From an uncultured virus (IMG/VR IMGVR_UViG_3300047564_005685) (taxonomy: Duplodnaviria; Heunggongvirae; Uroviricota; Caudoviricetes): 25,778 bases of DNA. Under the pieces are notes generated by a model that ran no database searches, had not been told where the DNA came from, and was given only the letters and a program-made list of their open reading frames with translations. Position 1 is the first letter of the stretch, and every line of letters begins with the position of its first letter. A program made the translations under genes and the position numbers. Of this stretch, positions 7,084 to 13,149 are shown one piece after another. The stretch lies in the IMG/VR virus record IMGVR_UViG_3300047564_005685; one strand, written 5' to 3'.

Positions 7084-7644
7084 CTAGAAGGACATGGCGC
7101 GTTCCTCGTCATCGGAAAGCTTGACGCCAGTGGCTTTGATCCATGGGATCGCAGCCGTAACGAGAAGTTTCTGGATCTCCATGGCGCGCGGCTGCTCACG
7201 GCAACCGAGGCGTTTGCTGGCATAGGTGTATGCCAAGCAAAGCTGCTCAAGGATGTGCTCCAGCGCAGGATCCAGGGACGGCGGCTCGGGGATCAGCCCC
7301 TGGGAGGCGGCATATTGCCTGAGTGCGGCGGGATCGGCGGTGCCGATGGAAGCCGCAGTGTCAGGATCTGCCCAGCCGGTGTCCCTGTTAGGAGGCTGAG
7401 CAGGATCGTCCTGTGGCGGAGCGTCAAAGTCCACGGTGAGAACCGTGGCCTTGATGTCCTCGTTCCAGTAGAGATCGGTCTCGTCGTCGAAGGCGAAGCC
7501 ACGTCGGACGACACCGATGAGGGAATTAGGGATGACCGCGACGCAATCGCGGCCGGCCTGTGTTTTGGCGTTGTAGTAGCAGTAGTGCCACTTGGGGTGG
7601 CGTATTGACGGCCGGGGTTCAGAGGTGATGATTCTTGGGGCCAT
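7084..7644 (-). CDS. hypothetical protein, 186 aa
   Basis: ATG start, GC3-rich codons, two globular-looking parts separated by a Pro/Ala/Asp linker. Confidence 0.75.
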   Translation of the reverse strand: MAPRIITSEPRPSIRHPKWHYCYYNAKTQAGRDCVAVIPNSLIGVVRRGFAFDDETDLYWNEDIKATVLTVDFDAPPQDDPAQPPNRDTGWADPDTAASIGTADPAALRQYAASQGLIPEPPSLDPALEHILEQLCLAYTYASKRLGCREQPRAMEIQKLLVTAAIPWIKATGVKLSDDEERAMSF

Positions 7645-7859
7645 CGAACGATGTAGTGAAAAGAGCGAAGAGTCTTGACCAGAAAGTCAGCGGTCTGACA
7701 GTCAAGGCAGAGAGCAGTCCCGACACGGCGATAAAGGTTGGGGGGATCACTGAGGTTGTCGAGTGCGTGGTGTGCTCGTCGGGACTGCGGAGTGAGATAA
7801 ACCCGGCCCGACGGTGACTGGCTGAGCCAGAAGTCGAGCCGGGGTGGCTGTAGGTTCAC
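7293..7859 (-). CDS. hypothetical protein; first ~72 codons protein-like, remainder overlaps the next gene out of frame
   Basis: GTGA overlap with the upstream stop; N-terminal part fills the 7645-7859 gap. Confidence 0.45.
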   Translation of the reverse strand: MNLQPPRLDFWLSQSPSGRVYLTPQSRRAHHALDNLSDPPNLYRRVGTALCLDCQTADFLVKTLRSFHYIVRWPQESSPLNPGRQYATPSGTTATTTPKHRPAAIASRSSLIPSSVSSDVASPSTTRPISTGTRTSRPRFSPWTLTLRHRTILLSLLTGTPAGQILTLRLPSAPPIPPHSGNMPPPRG

Positions 7860-8074
7860 GCGGGGTGGAACTTGCCCCCGGGTGAATAGGGAGTCAGGAG
7901 CTCAGGGAAGGCCTCGTAGATGCGACGGGAGTTGTCGCGATCGGCATGGCGCAAAGCCAAAGCGAGGCCCTGAGCGAAGGAGCCGCCGAAGTTGAACATC
8001 AATTCGGCGGTGCGGTTCTTGGTCAGGTAGAAGCTGTCGAAGGAGACAGCGAGAGCGGGGGTGGCAGTGAGCAT
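7856..8074 (-). CDS. conserved phage hypothetical protein, 72 aa
   Basis: FGGSFAQGLALALRHADRDNSRRIYEAFPEL matches a GGSF...AD-x2-N...AFP pattern I recognise from small phage proteins; function unknown. Confidence 0.8.
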   Translation of the reverse strand: MLTATPALAVSFDSFYLTKNRTAELMFNFGGSFAQGLALALRHADRDNSRRIYEAFPELLTPYSPGGKFHPA

Positions 8075-8079
8075 GGCGA

Positions 8080-8775
8080 TTAGTTGATAGACCAGGAGAT
8101 GCGCTCTTCGATGTGAGCGCCAGGAATGGAAGCGCCCGCCTTGATGGCCTCCTTGATGGCGGCCTTGTCGGGCTGGTATGTGGTCTTGGAGATGAGGAAC
8201 TCATCCGGCAGTGCGGATTCGTCCTCGATGACGACGCCAGAGGAGCGGCGGGAACGCAGCTCGTGAGTGGGGAGCGAGAACTTGCCCTGCTCCGGGTATA
8301 GGGTGGTCAGGACTTTCATCATGTAGTCCTGCAGGGACTGGGCGCGTTTGTAGTCAGCGTCGGCCAATTCCTTGAGCCGCTTGGCTTGCTCCTTGCGGAA
8401 ATCAGCCATGGCGATCAGGTGATCGCGATAGCGGCAGATGTTGTCGGCCTTGCTGGTGATGAGTCCAGCGGTGTGCTCCTGGGCGCCGAGGTGCTGTTCG
8501 ATGAGGCGAACAGCAGAGGATTCCTGATCGGGGTCATCCGTTGCCAGGAGTTCGGCCGCCAGGGCGATCTCGGATGCGATGTCCTGCGCCTGGATACCCA
8601 GGGCGTACAGAGACGACGCGCCGTCATTGGACGGGGCGACCGGAAGAGATGGTGACTGCTGGGGCGGGTGGGTAAGAGATGTTGGGGAGGAGTGTGCGGA
8701 GAGAGTCGATGTAGCGCTGCCGTTCCCTGAAGGACGGGAACGTTGCGTACCAGGTGCTGCCACGGAAGGAGTCAT
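8080..8775 (-). CDS. siphovirus Gp157-family protein
   Basis: SLYAL, KADNICRY, KEQAKRLKELA, RRSSGVVIEDESALPDEF, PDKAAIKEAIKAGASIPGAHIE are characteristic of Gp157. Start uncertain (see findings). Confidence 0.88.
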   Translation of the reverse strand: MTPSVAAPGTQRSRPSGNGSATSTLSAHSSPTSLTHPPQQSPSLPVAPSNDGASSLYALGIQAQDIASEIALAAELLATDDPDQESSAVRLIEQHLGAQEHTAGLITSKADNICRYRDHLIAMADFRKEQAKRLKELADADYKRAQSLQDYMMKVLTTLYPEQGKFSLPTHELRSRRSSGVVIEDESALPDEFLISKTTYQPDKAAIKEAIKAGASIPGAHIEERISWSIN

Positions 8776-8801
8776 GGAGATAGAGGGTGAAGCCAGAGCG
8801 G

Positions 8802-9017
8802 TTAACGGTGCGACGAACGAAGAAGCGTCCGTCGTGAGGACTGGAGCCTCTGGTCAAAGGACTCCAGTTGCCGTCGGATGGCGGCAACGGACTCAGGGGT
8901 TTGGGATCCGTCGCGCCGGGAGAGCGCCGCTTCGGCTCGATCAAGGAGATCAGCCGTCGCATCGCGGAGGCGATGGAGTGGCGCAAGCCGGTAGTCGTAG
9001 TTGGAGTCATGGGGCAT
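8802..9017 (-). CDS. hypothetical helical protein, 71 aa (MPHDSNYDY...)
   Basis: ATG 9017, GC3-rich, no overlap with neighbours; competes with an alternative frame 8624..9010. Confidence 0.45.
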   Translation of the reverse strand: MPHDSNYDYRLAPLHRLRDATADLLDRAEAALSRRDGSQTPESVAAIRRQLESFDQRLQSSRRTLLRSSHR

Positions 9018-9098
9018 GGCCGTACGACGTGGCGGGCGCAGCATAGTGCGTATCGCCTAGCAGTGGAAGACGTGGCGGGCAGCAAAGCGGCCGCACGG

Positions 9099-9275
9099 TC
9101 AACAGCAAAGCCAGATCGGACGGCCCATGAAGTCACGGCCGACCTCCTGGCAGCGCATGGGATTGGGGGCGATGTAAGCAACGACCTGATAGCAGGCGTT
9201 CTGGGCGAGGGAGGGTGCCGGCAGGGCCAGAAGGATGGCGGCTACGCCGGCAGCGAAGTGAGATTGACGTTTCAT
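9099..9275 (-). CDS. small secreted Cys-rich peptide, 58 aa
   Basis: MKRQSHFAAGVAAILLALPAPSLA looks like a Sec signal peptide; mature QNACYQ...RCQE...WLCC carries 4 Cys. Confidence 0.7.
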   Translation of the reverse strand: MKRQSHFAAGVAAILLALPAPSLAQNACYQVVAYIAPNPMRCQEVGRDFMGRPIWLCC

Positions 9276-9287
9276 GACAAAGCAGGC

Positions 9288-9324
9288 AGAAGAAAGCCCC
9301 GGCACGCGGGGTGCGCGCCAGGGC
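9288..9324 (-). terminator. intrinsic terminator (degenerate repeat-family member)
   Basis: - strand GCCCUGGCGCGC-ACCCC-GCGUGCCGGGGC-UUUCUUCU, with two G.U pairs valid only on the - strand. Confidence 0.7.
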
Positions 9325-9343
9325 GTGAGCCGGAGCAGGTAGG

Positions 9344-9772
9344 TCAGGCTGCGGCAGCCACGAGATCAGGTGCCTTGCCGTTGCCGCTGGGAGCGGCAGT
9401 CACGGGTTCGGCGGGTGCGATCTTGGCGGTGGCGGACTCGGCATCGGTCAGGCCTTGCTTAACGGCCTTGGTGTACAGAGACTTGGTGTACACGTCGGCC
9501 GCTGAGATCGCGTAGACCCCGGTGGGAGTCTGGACGATCTTGCCGTAGTAGACCGTGCCGGCATCGGGGCAGGTGAAGGTGTCGGCGGGGTTGTCCTTGC
9601 CAGCCATCTCGAGCAGATGTTCGGACTTGAAGCTGGCCGCAACGGCGGTTTCACGGCGAGCCTTGCCGCCATTGCGGTTGGACACCCAGGCGGCCTCCAG
9701 GTGAGTCCAGTTCTTACCGCGATCCTTGCCGGAGTAGAGACGCAGGGAGATGGGGCCGAGATTGAGATCCAT
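9344..9772 (-). CDS. hypothetical protein, 142 aa (MDLNLGPISLRLY...)
   Basis: ATG 9772 directly after repeat copy 2; strong GC3 bias. Confidence 0.8.
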   Translation of the reverse strand: MDLNLGPISLRLYSGKDRGKNWTHLEAAWVSNRNGGKARRETAVAASFKSEHLLEMAGKDNPADTFTCPDAGTVYYGKIVQTPTGVYAISAADVYTKSLYTKAVKQGLTDAESATAKIAPAEPVTAAPSGNGKAPDLVAAAA

Positions 9773-9820
9773 GGTGAAAGAGAAAACAACGAAGCAGAAA
9801 GCCCAAGTGCACAGTTGCAA
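9773..9820 (-). repeat. intergenic repeat copy 2 (core only, no terminator)
   Basis: GGTGAAAGAG...AACGAAGCA-N10-GTGCAC(9807-9812)AGTTGCAA. Confidence 0.8.
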
Positions 9821-9884
9821 AGGGCCAACAACAAAACACCACTAGAATGAAGGAACTGAATACGCCTAAAGGCACCAGTCCGTC

Positions 9885-10355
9885 ATGCAGTGGCTTGGGA
9901 ATGTTGATGACCGAGTGCGTGGCTTCTGGCAGCAGCGCGCTGCCGAGACCATGGCTCGTGGACAGAAGAGCTATGCCGATGAGATGGTTGGCAGGGCGAC
10001 TGGCCAGGGCGCGGATCTCGATGGGGTGGCGAAGGCCCTGGCAGGTCGGACCGGTCGGGATCTGAGCGATTACCAGGCGGGCGGGCAATTTGATATGACC
10101 GGCATGGGAGATGCCCAGCTGCGTCAACTGTTTGAAGACACCTACGCCCAGAAGCCTGGGCTGCGGGTGCGAGCAGAGAGCATCCTGGGCAATACCGGCG
10201 CGAAGGCTCGGGTTGGCCAGGCCGGTCTGTATGCAGCGATGGGCGGTGGCCTGACAATGGGCCTGACAGCTGCAGGTCAGGGGCTGTTTGCCCTGACGCA
10301 ATACCTGGCGCAGGGCCAGGATGCAGCCGTCAAGCGAGACCAGGAGCTGGTCTGA
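9885..10355 (+). CDS. hypothetical Gly/Ala/Gln-rich protein, 156 aa, C-terminal hydrophobic Gly-rich helix
   Basis: ATG start, TAGAAT upstream at 9843, composition similar to right-arm proteins. Confidence 0.75.
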   Translation: MQWLGNVDDRVRGFWQQRAAETMARGQKSYADEMVGRATGQGADLDGVAKALAGRTGRDLSDYQAGGQFDMTGMGDAQLRQLFEDTYAQKPGLRVRAESILGNTGAKARVGQAGLYAAMGGGLTMGLTAAGQGLFALTQYLAQGQDAAVKRDQELV

Positions 10356-10359
10356 TGCC

Positions 10360-10542
10360 GTGCAGACCCCGCCGCGCTGGGAGTGTGGGTTATGGGAGCA
10401 GGTATTGATGAGTTTGGAAGAAGCCGGCAAGACAGGGACGTCGTATTACGTGATGGCCGAGGAGGCCGTGTTCCTGTGCCGTCTGTCGGAATGGCGCCTG
10501 GGGATTCAGCGCATATGCGAGCTGGAGGCTGACTATGGATGA
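10360..10542 (+). CDS. hypothetical protein, ~60 aa
   Basis: GTG 10360 within ORF 10321..10542; tiles between neighbours. Confidence 0.5.
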   Translation: MQTPPRWECGLWEQVLMSLEEAGKTGTSYYVMAEEAVFLCRLSEWRLGIQRICELEADYG

Positions 10543-10735
10543 GCCAATCCTGCTGGCGGGTGAGCGCATGGGACTGGACATCCGAGAAGGCCTGAGCGAT
10601 CCGAGGATCAAGACCAGGCTGCTGAATAGAGCCTGGTCTCAGAGCCTGATGTCTAATCCCATGGCGCCGGAGAACAGTGAGCCGAACTATACGCTGCTGG
10701 GATCGATGCAGCCAGAGGTGACGTTCGGCGCATAG
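10535..10735 (+). CDS. hypothetical protein, 66 aa
   Basis: ATG start overlapping the previous gene by 8 nt; ends before a terminator hairpin. Confidence 0.6.
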   Translation: MDEPILLAGERMGLDIREGLSDPRIKTRLLNRAWSQSLMSNPMAPENSEPNYTLLGSMQPEVTFGA

Positions 10736-10787
10736 TGCACAGAGGTGACATGAAAAAGCCCCGACGCGCATAGTGGCGGCCGGGGCT
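10734..10787 (-). terminator. terminator hairpin with adjacent GTGCAC (partial repeat copy) at the convergence point
   Basis: AGTGCACAG (10734-10742), then AAAAAGCCCCG...CGGGGCT (10753-10787). Confidence 0.7.
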
Positions 10788-10792
10788 GGATG

Positions 10793-10954
10793 TCAGTGCT
10801 GCATTGGGGTCTCCGTGAGGGGTGGTTCAGGCCCGAATTCGAGGGCCAGGCAGTAGTCGTGGTAGTCCGCCCAGGACTCGAGCAGCCCGGGCGGAGCATT
10901 GCGGTCGTCGAGGACCACCAACGCGGTGTCGACACGGGATAATGATGCCGTCAT
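10793..10954 (-). CDS. hypothetical protein, 53 aa
   Basis: Below the ORF-track cutoff; read by hand as MTASLSRVDTALVVLDDRNAPPGLLESWADYHDYCLALEFGPEPPLTETPMQH; ATGA overlap with the upstream gene; ends just before the terminator. Confidence 0.65.
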   Translation of the reverse strand: MTASLSRVDTALVVLDDRNAPPGLLESWADYHDYCLALEFGPEPPLTETPMQH

Positions 10955-11412
10955 ACGGGCATAGCAACAAAGCCCTCGACCATTGCGCGCTTGGACCGCT
11001 TGCGCCTGGTCCGAGTGATGGCGCGAAGTTCTTCAGTCGTGTTGGACATGAGGTCTTCGGCCAGCTGGGCGAGGGGATGCTGAGGAATGGGCGCGGCCTC
11101 TGTGGTGGTGGCGCCTGGAGTTGACGCCACCGGTTGGTTATCAAGGATGAGTTGCTCGATCTGGTCGTCGAGCTGTTCAAGGAGATCTGCGGCGATGCGC
11201 AGAAGGATGATGACGCCCTTGAGCATTTGGTGGCTGCGTTTGCCAAGGGCGATGAGGACCCCGCCGATGAAAGCGATCACGGCGAGGGTGATAGCCATGG
11301 CCTGCCGCGCTGTGCGCTGAACGTCGGCCATGGTGATGGCGCTGGCCTTGCGCTGCAGAATGGCCAGGCCCTGCAGGAGGGGGTCTGCAGGTGGAAATGA
11401 GGAGAAAGACAT
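10951..11412 (-). CDS. membrane protein, 153 aa, possible C-terminal helix-extension-helix (Rho-N/SAP-like) motif
   Basis: TM segment AMAITLAVIAFIGGVLIALG; C-terminal LMSNTTEELRAITRTRRKRSKRAMV; ATG 11412 follows repeat copy 3. Confidence 0.75.
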   Translation of the reverse strand: MSFSSFPPADPLLQGLAILQRKASAITMADVQRTARQAMAITLAVIAFIGGVLIALGKRSHQMLKGVIILLRIAADLLEQLDDQIEQLILDNQPVASTPGATTTEAAPIPQHPLAQLAEDLMSNTTEELRAITRTRRKRSKRAMVEGFVAMPV

Positions 11413-11418
11413 TGTTCT

Positions 11419-11493
11419 AAACGAAGCAAAGGACTGAAGTGCACAGCTGAAGAGGTGCAAGAGAAAAGCCCCACCCGCTTGCGCAGATGGGGC
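11419..11493 (-). repeat. intergenic repeat copy 3 (core + terminator)
   Basis: AAACGAAGCA-N10-GTGCAC(11439-11444)AGCTGAAGAGGTGCAAGAGAAAAGCCCCA...TGGGGC. Confidence 0.85.
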
Positions 11494-11515
11494 AGGAATC
11501 AGAGGCCGCGCCGGG

Positions 11516-12112
11516 TCAGAACGGGATGTCGCCCTCATCGAGGGGCTCGGGCTCACGGTGCGGGATGGGCGGGAGGCTCAGGTCCTCGGCTGGCGCCTGG
11601 GGCTGACCTCCCTTGCTGAGCAGGTCGAAGGCAAAGACGCGCTTATCGGGCGCGTACGCGAAGGAGGTTTCGCGGTAGACCCGCCCGGTGTTGGGGTTGG
11701 TCAGCTCCTTGGTCTGGACGCTCCGGGGATTGCCGGAGTATTCCCAGAACAGGCGGACACAGGCCCAGTCGCAGGTGTCCATGAGCTGCCGGATCTGGGT
11801 GCCGGCCATGTTGTTGGGTTCGTCCCAAACGGTGAAGTACACCGTTTCCACCGGCACCCGGCGGCGCTGAGGTTCCTCGGCAGTGCCGAAGTTGACTTGC
11901 GCGCCGATGCGGACGCGGACGCGAAAGCCGCCGTCAACGACGGAGTTGTCGCGCCGCTGGACCGGGTAGACCCCGGTGATGATGCCGACTGTTGTGGAGT
12001 CGGCGTTGGCCTTGCGGCGCTGGAGAGGGGACGCCTCGGCAGCGGGTGCCGAGAGAATGGCTTCGAGCTCGGCGATGCGGGCTTCGAGCTGGGCCTTGGT
12101 GGTCGTGGTCAT
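11516..12112 (-). CDS. SSB-like protein, 198 aa, with acidic DIPF tail
   Basis: Beta-rich core (VYFTVWD), Pro-rich linker, C-terminus LDEGDIPF resembling the bacterial SSB tail; N-terminal short coil KAQLEARIAELEA. Confidence 0.65.
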   Translation of the reverse strand: MTTTTKAQLEARIAELEAILSAPAAEASPLQRRKANADSTTVGIITGVYPVQRRDNSVVDGGFRVRVRIGAQVNFGTAEEPQRRRVPVETVYFTVWDEPNNMAGTQIRQLMDTCDWACVRLFWEYSGNPRSVQTKELTNPNTGRVYRETSFAYAPDKRVFAFDLLSKGGQPQAPAEDLSLPPIPHREPEPLDEGDIPF

Positions 12113-12229
12113 GGTGCTGCCCGGTGGTGTGCCGGGGTGAAAGAGCACGAAGCAACGCAGCAGTGAGCACAAGTGCACAGCTGCAGAGTTGCAATAGAAA
12201 AACCCCACCCAGCCGGAGCCGAGTGGGGT
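12113..12229 (-). repeat. intergenic repeat copy 4 (long form + terminator)
   Basis: GGTGCT...CCGGGGTGAAAGAGCACGAAGCAACGCAGCAGTGAGCACAAGTGCAC(12173-12178)AGCTGCAGAGTTGCAATAGAAAAACCCCAC...GTGGGGT. Confidence 0.88.
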
Positions 12230-12235
12230 AGGGAC

Positions 12236-12442
12236 TCAGTAGCCGCGACGACCGAGTTCGATATTGATGGCGTCGAAGACGGCCTCAGCCATGTCGGCAT
12301 CGGGGCCGTCTTGGCGGACGAGGTCGGCGGCTTGGCACATGAGTCGCTGGAGATGGGGCTCCTCGAATTGGCTCATGTCGGCCGGACGGCCGAAAGTGTC
12401 GACGGCCTCAAGCCGCAGCTGCAAGGCAGGACAGATAGACAT
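12236..12442 (-). CDS. hypothetical acidic protein, 68 aa (MSICPALQL...)
   Basis: ATG 12442; sits exactly between repeat copies 5 and 4. Confidence 0.7.
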   Translation of the reverse strand: MSICPALQLRLEAVDTFGRPADMSQFEEPHLQRLMCQAADLVRQDGPDADMAEAVFDAINIELGRRGY

Positions 12443-12445
12443 GAT

Positions 12446-12498
12446 CTGCTGATGAGGTGCAGCAGAAAACCCCTGCCCAGCAGGAGCCGAGCAGGGGT
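12446..12498 (-). repeat. intergenic repeat copy 5 (truncated core + terminator)
   Basis: CTGCTGATGAGGTGCAGCAGAAAACCCCTGC...GCAGGGGT; lacks GTGCAC; terminator closely related to that of copy 4. Confidence 0.75.
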
Positions 12499-12503
12499 GG
12501 GTA

Positions 12504-12719
12504 TCAGTAGCGGCCGTGAATGGCGTAGGTGGTCTTGAACTCGCCGCACCATGCGGACATGGCGGCATCCTTGTGGGCGGGCCAGTCGCGCAGCGCGCAC
12601 TGTCGAAGTGCGGCAGCGCTGAGTTGGGCCGTGGCGATCTGAGTAAGGGCGATGAGGCCAAAGCTCACGCCAATCCCGAAGCCGATAGCAGTGAACGGGT
12701 TGATGAAGAAAGAGCGCAT
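12504..12719 (-). CDS. small membrane-anchored/exported protein, 71 aa
   Basis: N-terminal hydrophobic segment, then QCALRDWPAHKDAAMSAWC; the C-x3-DWP-x-H...WC pattern is one I associate with cyanophage proteins (from recollection, not a search). Confidence 0.75.
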   Translation of the reverse strand: MRSFFINPFTAIGFGIGVSFGLIALTQIATAQLSAAALRQCALRDWPAHKDAAMSAWCGEFKTTYAIHGRY

Positions 12720-12792
12720 CGAAGCAGGCGGCGCGAGTGCACCGCTGAAGAGTTGCAATAGAAAAGCCCCCACCCGCTGTGCGAGTGAGGGC
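12720..12792 (-). repeat. intergenic repeat copy 6 (core + terminator)
   Basis: CGAAGCA-N10-GTGCAC(12737-12742)CGCTGAAGAGTTGCAATAGAAAAGCCCCCAC...GTGAGGGC. Confidence 0.85.
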
Positions 12793-12798
12793 AAGTGC

Positions 12799-13065
12799 TC
12801 AAGCGAACTGACGCTCGAGCTCACGTATTGCCTCCCGGTGCCGGGAGATGTAGTCCTGGCAATGGGCCAGGAACTTCTCCTCGAAGGAGGAGAGAGGCCG
12901 ACGCTCAAGAACGTCGTCGTGCAGGATATAAGCCTGCTGATAGAGGGTCTCGGCGTACGGATCGATCCGCCCGCCAAGGACGCGGCCGTCCTGGCCGAGG
13001 TTGATGTCGCGGCGCGCGTAAAGCCCGAGGCGACGGAGCAGGAGGCTGACTTGACCTTCGCTCAT
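12799..13065 (-). CDS. hypothetical protein, 88 aa; first gene of the left arm
   Basis: ATG 13065 directly after repeat copy 7. Confidence 0.75.
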   Translation of the reverse strand: MSEGQVSLLLRRLGLYARRDINLGQDGRVLGGRIDPYAETLYQQAYILHDDVLERRPLSSFEEKFLAHCQDYISRHREAIRELERQFA

Positions 13066-13146
13066 GGTGCTACCGGGCTGAGCCCGGGGTGAAAGAGCAC
13101 AAAGCAACGGAGCAGAGAGCACAAGTGCACAGCTGCTGAGTTGCAC
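13066..13146 (-). repeat. intergenic repeat copy 7 (long form, no terminator)
   Basis: GGTGCT...CCGGGGTGAAAGAGCACAAAGCAACGGAGCAGAGAGCACAAGTGCAC(13125-13130)AGCTGCTGAGTTGCAC; very similar to copy 4. Confidence 0.88.
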
Positions 13147-13149
13147 GAG

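Noticed and set aside
12178..12194. TTGCAA...TGCACT on the - strand as a sigma70 -35/-10 pair
   Set aside because: Spacing is 11 nt and TGCACT lacks the -11 A; it does not fit a canonical promoter.
12148..12195. Repeats as integron attC sites (AAC...GTT dyad)
   Set aside because: The dyad is only ~41 bp, lacks RYYYAAC/GTTRRRY boxes, is absent from the short copies, and no integrase is visible.
165..13092. Numerous long + strand ORFs in the left arm (e.g. 165-593, 3346-3966, 5616-6185, 8868-9515, 11558-12166) and - strand ORFs in the right arm (e.g. 23250-24182)
   Set aside because: Antisense shadows of GC3-rich real genes; no motifs.
9773..13146. Repeats as a CRISPR array
   Set aside because: Copies are degenerate, hundreds of bp apart and separated by whole genes; no cas genes in the window.
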